From an uncultured bacterium (GTDB lineage: Bacteria > Zixibacteria > MSB-5A5 > UBA10806), in assembly GCA_965541585.1 (NCBI GenBank), contig CBEUCH010000019.1, positions 1 through 61,615 of the forward strand: a DNA stretch of 61,615 bases, read 5' to 3'. The position numbers and the translations under genes are program-made. Positions 1-9,736 of the stretch are shown piece by piece. Every line of letters begins with the position of its first letter. Position 1 is the stretch's first letter. The notes below the pieces were generated by a model. It was not told the DNA's origin, ran no database searches, and was given only the letters and a program-made list of their open reading frames with translations.

Positions 1-188
1 TTCACTTTTATTTTTGTCTCGTTCTCGTCAGCGGCCCGGTGGTTAATTCCGCTTGTAGCGGAACTCTGCCAGCTGAGCTACCGAGGAGTGTTTTTCATTC
101 AATTTTATTCTTGTCTCGTTCTCACAAGCAGCCCGGTGGTTAATTCCGCTTGCAGCGGAACTCTGCCAGCTGAGCTACCGAGGAGTGT
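1..188 (-). repeat. Two tandem 97-bp-period copies of a tRNA-Asn-derived sequence (array may continue left of the window)
   Basis: Positions 1-91 and 98-188 align with 7 mismatches. The minus strand reads TCCTCGG-TA-GCTC-AGCTGGCA-GAG (tRNA 5' acceptor strand plus D arm), then hairpin TTCCGCT-RCA-AGCGGAA, then TTAA-CCACC-GGGCY-GCT. No T-loop or 3' acceptor strand follows. Confidence 0.85.
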
Positions 189-204
189 AATAAATCTATC
201 GGTA

Positions 205-236
205 AACAATGAAATTCGTTTAGCAGATGTTGTCAA
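205..236 (-). promoter_or_regulatory. Possible sigma70 promoter reading into the tRNA-like repeats
   Basis: TTGACA on the minus strand (236-231) with a weak -10 (TTCATT/CATTGT) 17-19 nt downstream, about 25 nt before the tRNA-like 5' end at 184. Confidence 0.4.
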
Positions 237-260
237 GGCAAATGTGGGCTGTTCCCGGAC

Positions 261-803
261 CTATGACATCCAGTCCTCGGGATCGACTCCCAGGCCGTCG
301 GCGATCCGGTTCATATAATTGAAATAGGCGATCACCTCCACGGCGTCGGTGACCCCGCGATCGTCGAGGCCGGAGGATTTCAACCGGTCAATGTCCGTCT
401 GCTCGATTGACCATGTTTCGGATGTCAATTTCTCGGCGAACCCGCAGAGCGCCTTATCCAGATTCGATAAGTCGGCTTTCCTCCAATCAGTCTTGACCGC
501 CAGGGCCAAATCATCGTCTTTACATTCCGACCGAAACTCGACCGCATGCGCTTCCACTCAGTAATGACATTGGTTGGCTTTGGAGACGACCACCGCCATC
601 ATCTCCCTCTGGGCGCGGGAGAGAGGTGATTCTCCGTACATGACATCGCGGTAAAACTTTATGGATGACTCCAGGACCTTCGGATTATGCCCCTGAACGC
701 TGACTACATTGGCTACGCTGCCGGCACGTTCTATAGCGGCGTCATATTGCTTTTTTAAGAAACCGTCGGCCTCATCCGGCCCGATAACTCTTATATATGC
801 CAA
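261..803 (-). CDS. AhpD/carboxymuconolactone-decarboxylase-family peroxidase, probable selenoprotein (CHYU, Sec at TGA 560-558), 180 aa
   Basis: ORFs 558..803 and 261..557 abut in frame across a single TGA, giving ...SKANQC-H-Y-U-VEAH, the AhpD CxxC motif with Sec as second residue. Both halves look AhpD-like (LSRAQREMMAVVVS; AYFNYMNRIADGLG). RBS GGAGG lies upstream. Confidence 0.9.
523..548 (-). promoter_or_regulatory. Putative bacterial SECIS element of the AhpD-like gene
   Basis: Stem CGGTCGA/TCGGTCG (two G-U pairs) with a GTT loop starts 13 nt after the UGA, with a lower CAT/ATG pairing. Confidence 0.65.
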
Positions 804-920
804 TCAATACCTCCCTCTGATGAGCAGCTCTAAAACCCACGGTTCAGTGAATACCACAGGGCAGGAATTTAGTCAAATTATCCTTTTCAGCGATAATCGC
901 CTGATGTATATTGAGAACAA

Positions 921-2447
921 ATGATATCAATGACAGCAATCCTGACCTTGACGTCTATCCTGATCTACGCCGGCAACTTCGAGGAAGGCGACTGGGTAAC
1001 CTATACGGATTTCAGGTATGTGACCTCGGTAGCGATAAGCCAATCTGTCGTATATTTTGGCACTACCGGAGGTATTATCAGATATGACCGTTATGCAGGA
1101 AAATGGCTCGACCCCTTGACTGTCACCGACGGTATCCCGTCCGCGTGGATCGATAATATTGCCTTTGACCCCGACTGGGATAGGATCTGGGTAACAACGC
1201 CGGACGGTAACGCCTATTACCAGCCAATATTCAAGCAATGGTATCGAGGCGGGGATTTTCCTATTGAACTGGTGCACAACGACTTCGACCCCAAAGCCTT
1301 TCCTCTGCTGAACACCGAGTTCGGATACAGCTACCAGGAGGGCCGGCTGATGGATTTCAACATGCAGGAGTTTCCTCTAACCAGAGGAGTCAATGACGGT
1401 TATGACAGTCTTTTCGTCGGCACCTGGGGTATGGGCCCGGTCGTAATCAATACCCGTTACCGGGATGTAAGCATCATGCCATATGGCCCGTACAGCGCGA
1501 ATATTTCGACTATTGTCAAGATCGGAGAGGAATTCTGGATGGGTGACGGTCTTGGAGGTCTTACCGGCGGGGCAATCAGCAAATTTGACAGGTTGACCGG
1601 GGATTGGCACTGGTTTCAACCCCGTTATGTGAATGGATTGGCCTCGTCCAAGCTAACGTCGGCAGCCGGTGGGAATAGTATCGTCTGGCTGGGGACGGAA
1701 TACGGGCTGACTCGCCACGACAAGAAGGATAATAGTTTCACGGCTTATGCCGACTTCTCAACTCTGCCGTCGGTAATTATTTCATCCGTTGCCGATGACA
1801 GCCTGTGGGTTTTTGCAGGAACAGATAACGGTCTTGGCTATATCGGCAGGAAGGATTCAGGCAGCAAATCGAAAGGCAAGGAACCGGCCAATTCCACGAG
1901 CAAAGAAGATACCAGTCTGAGTAGCATCGCAACGATTGAGTTCGAACGGCAACGGCTGATCGGATGGCGCATTAACAATGTCGAGATCATCGGCCAATAC
2001 CTGTATCTGTCAACCGATCGAGGGGCTCTACGGCGCCTTCTCGGCGAGAATACCGAATTCGAGTATGTTAATACGCCCAACCGGATGCTCTCAACTGAAA
2101 TCTACGATATCGCCTCTTCCGGAGACAGTCTGTATTTCGTCACACGCAACGATGTCGTGATCATCGATTTAAAAACAGAGGAATATTCCACGATAACCGA
2201 TCATAAGTATTTCGGACAATGGCGCCTGCGGCGGATCGAGGTTGACGGTAAGAACGTATGGGCCGCCACGGATATAGGTCTCTGGAAATACAGGTTAGAG
2301 GACGGCTACAGCCGGCTGTTCACCGTCGGCGATGGCATGATTTCGGATGATGTCAGGAATATCGTTCTTGACGGCGATTACGTCTGGATCGCCACGCCGG
2401 GCGGGTTGATTAGATTTTACTGGAGCGATCCGGGAAGAATTGACTGA
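921..2447 (+). CDS. Secreted beta-propeller protein (two-component regulator propeller-like repeats)
   Basis: Signal-like N-terminus and repeated VW.GT..GL / DG..SD.V..I..D.D.VWIAT.GGL blades, 508 aa. Confidence 0.75.
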   Translation: MISMTAILTLTSILIYAGNFEEGDWVTYTDFRYVTSVAISQSVVYFGTTGGIIRYDRYAGKWLDPLTVTDGIPSAWIDNIAFDPDWDRIWVTTPDGNAYYQPIFKQWYRGGDFPIELVHNDFDPKAFPLLNTEFGYSYQEGRLMDFNMQEFPLTRGVNDGYDSLFVGTWGMGPVVINTRYRDVSIMPYGPYSANISTIVKIGEEFWMGDGLGGLTGGAISKFDRLTGDWHWFQPRYVNGLASSKLTSAAGGNSIVWLGTEYGLTRHDKKDNSFTAYADFSTLPSVIISSVADDSLWVFAGTDNGLGYIGRKDSGSKSKGKEPANSTSKEDTSLSSIATIEFERQRLIGWRINNVEIIGQYLYLSTDRGALRRLLGENTEFEYVNTPNRMLSTEIYDIASSGDSLYFVTRNDVVIIDLKTEEYSTITDHKYFGQWRLRRIEVDGKNVWAATDIGLWKYRLEDGYSRLFTVGDGMISDDVRNIVLDGDYVWIATPGGLIRFYWSDPGRID

Positions 2448-2501
2448 ACCCCGGGGTTGTATGTAAGTATAATCGGGAGCACCTTTGAATAACTCCGCCG
2501 G

Positions 2502-4079
2502 TTGTGTGTATCAAAAGATAAATGGGTGACCGAATTCTTGGGAATGAAATCTGAAAGAGAATGTAAATTGAAATCAGTTGTCAGGTTGTTTTTGGTATTT
2601 GCTCTGGCCTTATCATCTATTTCAAGTTCCGGTTGCTCCGGCAAGGAAGAATCGGGAACCGCATCTGTCGAAGAACTTAATCTTCCAAGCGAACTCTCGG
2701 ATTTCATGATGGCCGATTTCGATGGCGATTCTCTTATGGAGATTCTGGCCTTATGCGCGGACCGCTATGCTCCGGTTCCAATCAGGAAAGGGTGCTTGTT
2801 CTATCAATCTGATGGAGCTTACAGGTCCGATCCGGATCTCGTTTTCGATATCCCCCCGGACGCGGTGGTCTTTGACATCGGCGATATCGACGGTGACAAC
2901 AGCCCGGAGATTCTCTACCTCTCCTATGAGGGTCTTTATGCCTTAAAGGTAACCGATGGCGGGGTGGAAGACCCGCGTCTGGTAATAGGAAGAACAAGCA
3001 TATTCTATCTCCCGACGAATGAATCCATCTCCTATTGGGATTTCTATAGAGTCTCGCCCCAGAGCAATCGGACATTCCTGCTGATTCCGACCTTCTCCAG
3101 TTTGTCTATATACTCTGTCGGTAACGGCAGAATTTCGCCGGTCACCGATATACCGATACAACACAGGGCGACAGCACAATCTCCCGGTATTTCGGAGATG
3201 AGAGACAGAATGGCGCTTACATATCAGTACTCCCTTCCTGTAATCGAATTTTGCGATTATAATGGCGATGGCGTGGAAGATATATTTGTTATCGATGATA
3301 CGCGCATGTCCATCTTCGCAGGCACCTTCCAGGGAGGATTCTTAAAAGATCAGGATGACCGTTCGTATGAAAACCTCTGGCCGGAGGCTGAAGGTGGAAA
3401 TACGGAGTTTAATCTGCAGGTGCAGGATCTCAACGGGGACGGCCTGGCGGATCTGATTGTCTCTCTCATCAGTGGAGGCGTCAAGAGCCTGGAATCGAAC
3501 ATAAAGATATATCTGTGTAACGCACGCGAGGGATACAATGAAACCCCGTCCTTTAGCCGCAACATCTCCAATTCAGCCGGTACGACCTATCTGCACGATC
3601 TCAATAACGACGGGCGTGTGGACATCGTGATACCGGCATTGAAGATCGGGGTCACGGCATTGATGAAGATGCTGATATTGAGCAGACTCGATCTGGGTCT
3701 GGATATATATCTCCAGGACGTCGGCGGGCGTTACCCCGACGAACCATCGTTGAGCACATCCATCAGCGCCACGGTGGATCTGAACTCCGGTAATATAAGT
3801 TATGGAGAGAATATCGCCGTAACAGGTGATTTCAACGGCGATAACCTTTCTGATTTCTTGATAGAAACCGGCGACGGCACACTGGATATCTATTTCGGGG
3901 CTATCGGGACGGTGCTGGCTGGTAAGCCGGGCTGGTCATATAGACTGCCCAAACCATCGAGCATACTGGCCGCCGACTGCGACAACGACGGCATTTCGGA
4001 AATACTGGCTTTCTATGGATCGGCAGAGGATGATCGGGGTAAGATCAGGGTGGTACGCGTCGGCAGGGAGGGAATGTAG
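2502..4079 (+). CDS. FG-GAP/VCBS repeat lipoprotein
   Basis: Many D-x-[DN]-G-D-G motifs and a lipobox-like SSSGC. The true start is probably slightly downstream (2544 or 2568). Confidence 0.8.
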   Translation: MCVSKDKWVTEFLGMKSERECKLKSVVRLFLVFALALSSISSSGCSGKEESGTASVEELNLPSELSDFMMADFDGDSLMEILALCADRYAPVPIRKGCLFYQSDGAYRSDPDLVFDIPPDAVVFDIGDIDGDNSPEILYLSYEGLYALKVTDGGVEDPRLVIGRTSIFYLPTNESISYWDFYRVSPQSNRTFLLIPTFSSLSIYSVGNGRISPVTDIPIQHRATAQSPGISEMRDRMALTYQYSLPVIEFCDYNGDGVEDIFVIDDTRMSIFAGTFQGGFLKDQDDRSYENLWPEAEGGNTEFNLQVQDLNGDGLADLIVSLISGGVKSLESNIKIYLCNAREGYNETPSFSRNISNSAGTTYLHDLNNDGRVDIVIPALKIGVTALMKMLILSRLDLGLDIYLQDVGGRYPDEPSLSTSISATVDLNSGNISYGENIAVTGDFNGDNLSDFLIETGDGTLDIYFGAIGTVLAGKPGWSYRLPKPSSILAADCDNDGISEILAFYGSAEDDRGKIRVVRVGREGM

Positions 4080-4206
4080 GTTAATCCTCTGGCATTTGAC
4101 TGCATGGAAATATAATCCGCCAGCATCCATCTATAAGACCGCATCTACTCTTCGTCCTTGAAATAATTATATCCTTAGATATAATATCATTCCAGGGGGT
4201 ATTATT

Positions 4207-6030
4207 ATGAGCGAGCATCTGCTTTTAGGATTGGCCACTATCATAGCGCTGGGTATTGTTGCGCAATGGCTCGCCTGGCGGCTGCATCTGCCGGCGATAT
4301 TGCTCCTATTGATATCCGGCATTATAGCCGGCCCCGCCACCGGAATCCTCAATCCCGACGAGCTCTTCGGCGATCTGCTCTTTCCTCTGGTGTCGGTTTC
4401 CGTGGCGATCATAATTTTCGAAGGCGGCCTCAGTCTTCGAATCTTCGAGCTTCGCCGCGTCGGAAGCGTCGTCAGGAATTTGATTACTATCGGAATATTT
4501 ATCACCTGGTCGTTAATTGCCCTGGCCGCCTATTTTGTTGTCGGCCTGCAGCCGGCCCCTGCCATATTGCTGGGTGCGATCCTGGTGGTATCCGGCCCCA
4601 CGGTCATAATTCCGCTTCTAAGGCATGTCAAACCTATAGGAAATATCGGGTCGATAGTCAAATGGGAAGGTATCGTCAACGACCCGATTGGAGCCATACT
4701 GGCGGTTTTAGTCTTTGAGGTAATTCTGGCAGGCGGCATGCGCGAGGGATCATCGCTGGCCATCTGGGGCGTGGTCAAAGCTGTTATTGCCGGCGGAATG
4801 ATAGGTCTGGCAGGGGCTTCAGCGTTGGTGATATTACTCAAACGATACCTGATCCCCGATTTTCTGCAAAATCCCATTGCCCTCATGCTTGTTGTCATCT
4901 GTTACACCGCATCGAATGCCATCCTGACGGAATCCGGTCTTCTGGCGGTAACCATAATGGGTATAGCGCTGGCCAATCAGAGATTCGTTTCTGTCAGGGA
5001 TATCACCGAGTTCAAGGAAAGCATGAGAGTCATTTTAATTTCGAGCCTGTTTATAATCCTGGCGTCGAGGCTCACCTTTGAGCAGTTGTCTTTATTCAAT
5101 GCGGCCAATTGGGTATTTGTCGGAATTCTGATTGTCATAATCCGCCCGGTAGCGGTTTTCGCTTCCTCATACGGTTCCGAGCTGAAATGGCGAGAACGTC
5201 TCTTTCTGGCCTGGATTGCGCCGCGCGGTATAGTGGCGGCGGCAGTGATCTCGGTTTTTGCCATACGTCTGGCTGAGATAGGCATTCCGGGTAGCGAAAG
5301 TCTCATGCCGCTGACATTCCAGGTGATCATCGGGACAGTGGCGATCTACGGTATCACCGCTCCCTTCGTAGCACGCTGGCTGAAGGTCGCCAAACCTGAT
5401 CCGCAGGGCGTCCTTTTTGCAGGAGCACAGCCGTGGGTTCAACAGATTGCCAATACGCTCAAGGCCGAAGGGTTCCAGGTAGCCCTGGTCGACTCCAACT
5501 GGGGGAATATTACCGCCGCTCGCAGCGATGGACTTACGGGCCACTATGCCAATGTACTCTCCGAGAATCTATTGCACGAAATCCAGCTGGATGGCATCGG
5601 CCGCCTGCTGGCAGTGATACCCAATGACGAGGTAAACTCGCTGGCCACTCTGCATTTTGAGGATATCTTCGGCCGGTCGGAGGTTTATCAACTGCCGCTT
5701 ACAGCTAAAAGCAGCGTTGAAAGCCGGGGGGTGATGCCCAGGCATCTTCGCGGAAGGTTCCTTTTCGATAAGAAGGCCACCTGCGATTATCTCGAGGCTC
5801 GCTTTCGCGGCGGAGCTGTCGTCAAGAAAAATTCGATAACCGAAGAGTTCGATTTCGCCGCCTTCAAATCGAAATACGGCGAGGATGCGCTGCCGATGTT
5901 TGTTATCACGGAATCGGGAAACCTGAAAGTCTGGACCGCAATCAGCCAACCGTTGCCGGAGCAGGGAGAGAAACTGATCAGCATTGTCGATGAACCCGAA
6001 GAGATACCGGAATCTGAGGAAAAAAAATAG
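4207..6030 (+). CDS. CPA1/NhaP-type cation:proton antiporter with C-terminal TrkA-N-like domain
   Basis: About 12 TM helices, motifs IIFEGGL, VSGPTV, WEGIVNDPIG and APRGIVAA, plus a Rossmann-like C-terminal domain. Confidence 0.9.
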   Translation: MSEHLLLGLATIIALGIVAQWLAWRLHLPAILLLLISGIIAGPATGILNPDELFGDLLFPLVSVSVAIIIFEGGLSLRIFELRRVGSVVRNLITIGIFITWSLIALAAYFVVGLQPAPAILLGAILVVSGPTVIIPLLRHVKPIGNIGSIVKWEGIVNDPIGAILAVLVFEVILAGGMREGSSLAIWGVVKAVIAGGMIGLAGASALVILLKRYLIPDFLQNPIALMLVVICYTASNAILTESGLLAVTIMGIALANQRFVSVRDITEFKESMRVILISSLFIILASRLTFEQLSLFNAANWVFVGILIVIIRPVAVFASSYGSELKWRERLFLAWIAPRGIVAAAVISVFAIRLAEIGIPGSESLMPLTFQVIIGTVAIYGITAPFVARWLKVAKPDPQGVLFAGAQPWVQQIANTLKAEGFQVALVDSNWGNITAARSDGLTGHYANVLSENLLHEIQLDGIGRLLAVIPNDEVNSLATLHFEDIFGRSEVYQLPLTAKSSVESRGVMPRHLRGRFLFDKKATCDYLEARFRGGAVVKKNSITEEFDFAAFKSKYGEDALPMFVITESGNLKVWTAISQPLPEQGEKLISIVDEPEEIPESEEKK

Positions 6031-6053
6031 CCGGGCAAGAGAACCCGGCTATT
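6026..6053. terminator. Bidirectional intrinsic terminator between convergent genes
   Basis: AATAGCCGGG-N8-CCCGGCTATT stem with an A-tract on the left. Confidence 0.8.
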
Positions 6054-6075
6054 GTGTTTACATCGATGGTCTTTC

Positions 6076-9015
6076 CTATTTCAGTAACGTCATCTTCTTC
6101 GTTTCCGTAAATTCGCCCGCCTGAATTCTGTAGAAGTAAATACCGGACGACCGATCCGGGGCATCCCAGATCATATGATGAGAACCGGCTGGCTGAGCAG
6201 CGTTCACCAGAGTTGTAACGCGCCGGCCGAGAATATCGAAGATATCGATAGTCACATAGGAATCCTTCGGCAGATCGTATTGAATGGTGATAGAGGCGTT
6301 GAACGGGTTGGGATACGGCGAGGAGACCAACAAATGCCTGGGAAGATCGACCATCTGGTCGTCAGATTCACGCTTGGGGGAACCTGATACCAGATCGCTC
6401 TCCCACCAGGAAACATTCCCGACTACGCCGGTCCCTGCGCCGATAACGTCGATGTCGGTATCGCCGTCGAGATCTACCGCATAGACCTCCCATGCCCCTT
6501 TGTAAGCGCTCGTGATTTGCTTTTCGTCGAAGCTGTATCCGCCGAGGTTTTCCCACCAGATAATAGCGTCCTCGTTAGGGGCGGCGGCCATAACATCGGG
6601 AAGACCGTCGCCGCTCAAATCGGCAGCGTATACATCCATGGTTCCGGTGAAGTGGCCGGTAATCTGATGCTCGATCCAAACCGGCTCGTACGAGATTCCT
6701 ACATATTCCCAGAGGAGGATAGTTTCGGGTTCAAAGGCGGCGCCTGCCAATATATCGATGTCGTTATCGCGATCTATATCGATAGCAAAAACGTCAGAAG
6801 CTCCATTGAAGCGCGAAGTAAGAACATGTTCCCTGAAGTTCTGGCTGCCATCGTTCTCGAACCACGAGATCTTATCATCATCCATGGCCGCTCCCAGAAC
6901 ATCGATATCACGATCAAAATCCATATCCAGGGCATAAATGGAGATTGCGTAGTTGAAATCGCTTACGATAACCACTTCACGGAAGTCCATTTGGCCGTCG
7001 TTGACCCACCAGCTGATTCTGTTGTCTCCGGCCACCGCGCCCAGCACGTCCATATGGCCGTCGCTATTTAAGTCGACCGTACTGATGTCGAGTACTCCGT
7101 AGCCGCCGTTGACCCGGATTTCCTGGAAGTTCTGGAAACCGTCGTTTTTCCACAAGTAGAAGCCGTTGACATACTTTCCTCCGGCGACTATATCGATATC
7201 GCCATCTCGATCAAGATCTGCGGCATGGACGGTAAATGCGCCGTCGACATTCCCGCTGATATAATGTTCTCTCCACGGAAAAATCTGCGCCGGCCCGCGG
7301 TTTTCCCACCAGATAACGGCATCTTCGTTGAATGCCACCGCCAGCACGTCCTGATCCCCATCTCTGTCGAGGTCTATGGCAAAGACGTCGTGGCTACCGG
7401 TTAAATGACCGGGTATCTTGTGTTCTGTCCAGGTTATTTCCGCAGGAGGCATAGCCATTTCCGCCGCCGCCGCGAGATTAATACGGCCATGTCCCAGTTC
7501 CAATGATTTTCCGGTTCCGGGGTCGTAATAATATCCGCCGACCTGGTCCGCCGACTCATTGATTATTTCGCGAACCTCCACATTGCTCAATGTCGGGTCC
7601 AGAGACCAGATCACTCCCGCCAGCCCTGCCACGTGGGGGCAGGCGGCGGAGGTTCCGTTGAAGGTCGGCGTATAATTGCCGTACAAGGAGGTCGTATAGA
7701 TTTTCACGCCGGGGGCGGCGCAATCGAGCTCGGGTCCGTAGCTGGAGCCCCACCCTTCTCCGTCGCAACTTGACGGGTTTTTCCGCTCGTCGCAAGGGCT
7801 GCTCGCCGCAATCGCCATGGCCTCGGGATAAATCGCGGGATAGTTCACCGATCCATTGGTGTTGCCCGCCGAGAAGCAGACCAAAACGTCGTTCGCATAG
7901 GCATTAACAATAGCATCGTGAACCGCCGTATAATCGCCGGAGGACATTCGCCAGGAATTCGAGAGCACCAGCCCGTCAAAATCGGGCCGCCGCGACGTGG
8001 CATAATTGATGGCATCGGCACGGTTCTGGTTCTGGCCGGATGTCAAGCTTACTCTAAGAGGCATGATCTGGCAGAGATGGCCGATTCCGGCGACACCGAT
8101 AGCATTGTTGGTAACCGCCGCCGCTATCCCCGAACATTTGGTGCCATGTCCGTAAGTATCATCGGGAGAATCGTCATTGGGGTCGGCAAAATCCCAGTCG
8201 TGGCCGTTGCGAGGCAGCAGATTGCCCGCCAGATCGGGATGATCGAGGTCCATGCCGGTATCGATAATGCTGATTACAACCCCGGGATCGCCTCTGCCGA
8301 TATCCCACCCGGGCTCGGCATCAATATCATGATCCCCGTAAGGAGTGCAGCCGGAACATGTTGGAATCTGGCCGGTGTTTTTCAAGGCCCATTGCTGATC
8401 GAAATATTGATCGTCGGGCGTAAAACAGAAATCATTGTAGGAAATGATCGACGGTTCTGAAAACTTAACCTCCTTGTATTTGTATAGCTTGCGGACGGTT
8501 TCAAAATAACCCCTTGTCTCCGGTGCGCTTATCGTGAAATAACCGGGCGTCCATTGCCTCCGGACCACCGAAGAACCCACCTCCTCGATAATCGCCGTCA
8601 TCCGGGATTCGGCCACGCCATCATTAAAACGAACCGTCAATTCGGTCGGAACACAATACTTTATGAAGTCTTCCTGATCGATGTAAGCCGGAGCCGCTCG
8701 ATTCACCATCGGGTCGGCTTCGAGCAGATCGATAACGTCGCCTGCGGCGAGTCCGTCCGGAATGCGATAGACTCCAACGAGTTTTTGTCGATCCAACACC
8801 TGAGCCCGATCCAGGTTGTAGGTCCCCTCAAATGCGTCGAAATCCGCGCCCCGGTTGAAAACGACCACGATCTCTTCGAGCGATGGCTCAAATTCAAACG
8901 TCTTACCGAAGAGCGTATCATGATAATAGGTGCTTTTCTCGTGAACGTATCCAAGCGCGGAGAATTGCGGTACAAATAAAATCGACAGAAGTATAAATGT
9001 CACAAATCCTTTCAT
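6076..9015 (-). CDS. Secreted S8 (subtilisin-like) serine peptidase with FG-GAP repeats and C-terminal sorting domain
   Basis: Catalytic motifs IIDTG, HGTKCSG and NGTSAACP; DLD.DGD repeats; YPNPFN...KKMTLLK tail. Start moved to ATG 9015 (RBS AAGGAGGAG, signal peptide MKGFVTF...). Confidence 0.9.
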   Translation of the reverse strand: MKGFVTFILLSILFVPQFSALGYVHEKSTYYHDTLFGKTFEFEPSLEEIVVVFNRGADFDAFEGTYNLDRAQVLDRQKLVGVYRIPDGLAAGDVIDLLEADPMVNRAAPAYIDQEDFIKYCVPTELTVRFNDGVAESRMTAIIEEVGSSVVRRQWTPGYFTISAPETRGYFETVRKLYKYKEVKFSEPSIISYNDFCFTPDDQYFDQQWALKNTGQIPTCSGCTPYGDHDIDAEPGWDIGRGDPGVVISIIDTGMDLDHPDLAGNLLPRNGHDWDFADPNDDSPDDTYGHGTKCSGIAAAVTNNAIGVAGIGHLCQIMPLRVSLTSGQNQNRADAINYATSRRPDFDGLVLSNSWRMSSGDYTAVHDAIVNAYANDVLVCFSAGNTNGSVNYPAIYPEAMAIAASSPCDERKNPSSCDGEGWGSSYGPELDCAAPGVKIYTTSLYGNYTPTFNGTSAACPHVAGLAGVIWSLDPTLSNVEVREIINESADQVGGYYYDPGTGKSLELGHGRINLAAAAEMAMPPAEITWTEHKIPGHLTGSHDVFAIDLDRDGDQDVLAVAFNEDAVIWWENRGPAQIFPWREHYISGNVDGAFTVHAADLDRDGDIDIVAGGKYVNGFYLWKNDGFQNFQEIRVNGGYGVLDISTVDLNSDGHMDVLGAVAGDNRISWWVNDGQMDFREVVIVSDFNYAISIYALDMDFDRDIDVLGAAMDDDKISWFENDGSQNFREHVLTSRFNGASDVFAIDIDRDNDIDILAGAAFEPETILLWEYVGISYEPVWIEHQITGHFTGTMDVYAADLSGDGLPDVMAAAPNEDAIIWWENLGGYSFDEKQITSAYKGAWEVYAVDLDGDTDIDVIGAGTGVVGNVSWWESDLVSGSPKRESDDQMVDLPRHLLVSSPYPNPFNASITIQYDLPKDSYVTIDIFDILGRRVTTLVNAAQPAGSHHMIWDAPDRSSGIYFYRIQAGEFTETKKMTLLK

Positions 9016-9736
9016 AATCTCCTCCTTGAAATTAAGGTTTGGTTGTGGCAGATGGCTGTTTCTCAGATTAATTACTATTCGTACCTCCTTTCGAAAATGG
9101 TTAAAGTTACATACGGTTACTGTGAGGTCCTTACATTTGACAACATGGTTGATATATTTGTAAAGATACAATGTTTGAAACTAAGTGGTATCTTACTATC
9201 CTTAATACAGATAGTGTAAACGCCTATCAGACACATATGCCCGGATCCAATCCCCCGCTCAGAACCAAGATGCTATACAACGAGATTAAGTATCAAAGCG
9301 CACGTCGGCTTGTCTTGATGGATAATAGTATAATCGGGTGACGTCTGTCAAGAGAAATCTGAAATAATTATCACATTATGTCGATTTTATTTGTTGTAAC
9401 CTTTAAATGACGATACTTGTTTGTCGAATTGACACACGATCGGGCAGAACAGTATCTGATATATTATTAAAGCCGAATATCCAATACGAATTTTGATACC
9501 CGTGATTCCGGTGATCTGTAAATTTCGTACAAGAGCCGAAGCGGATAGCGTCCATATCGAAAATCCGGGCCGCTGGAATCGTTGGGGCGAGGAATGACCG
9601 ATAGCGTGGCGATCGATCGGAAGCACCGTGACTGAGAGCATTCAGCGGAAAGGCAGTTATTAGTAAAGAGGGCATTTTTTCAATTTTCCTTGAAGAGTCT
9701 ATCCTCATTGATTAAATTCCTCCTGGAGTTTAGCCT

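Noticed and set aside
1..188. Functional tRNA-Asn genes or a CRISPR array
   Set aside because: No intact anticodon arm, T-loop or 3' acceptor strand. Units are about 92% identical along their length with no unique spacers and no cas genes.
261..803. Two separate small genes or a pseudogene, as in the ORF track
   Set aside because: A single in-frame TGA at the catalytic Cys position plus a SECIS-like hairpin is better explained by selenocysteine. The same applies to 15865..16074 and 16132..17100.
9387..9708. Minus-strand ORFs of 84 and 101 aa
   Set aside because: They overlap each other, show no recognisable motif or clear RBS, and cover the likely promoter region of the GTPase.
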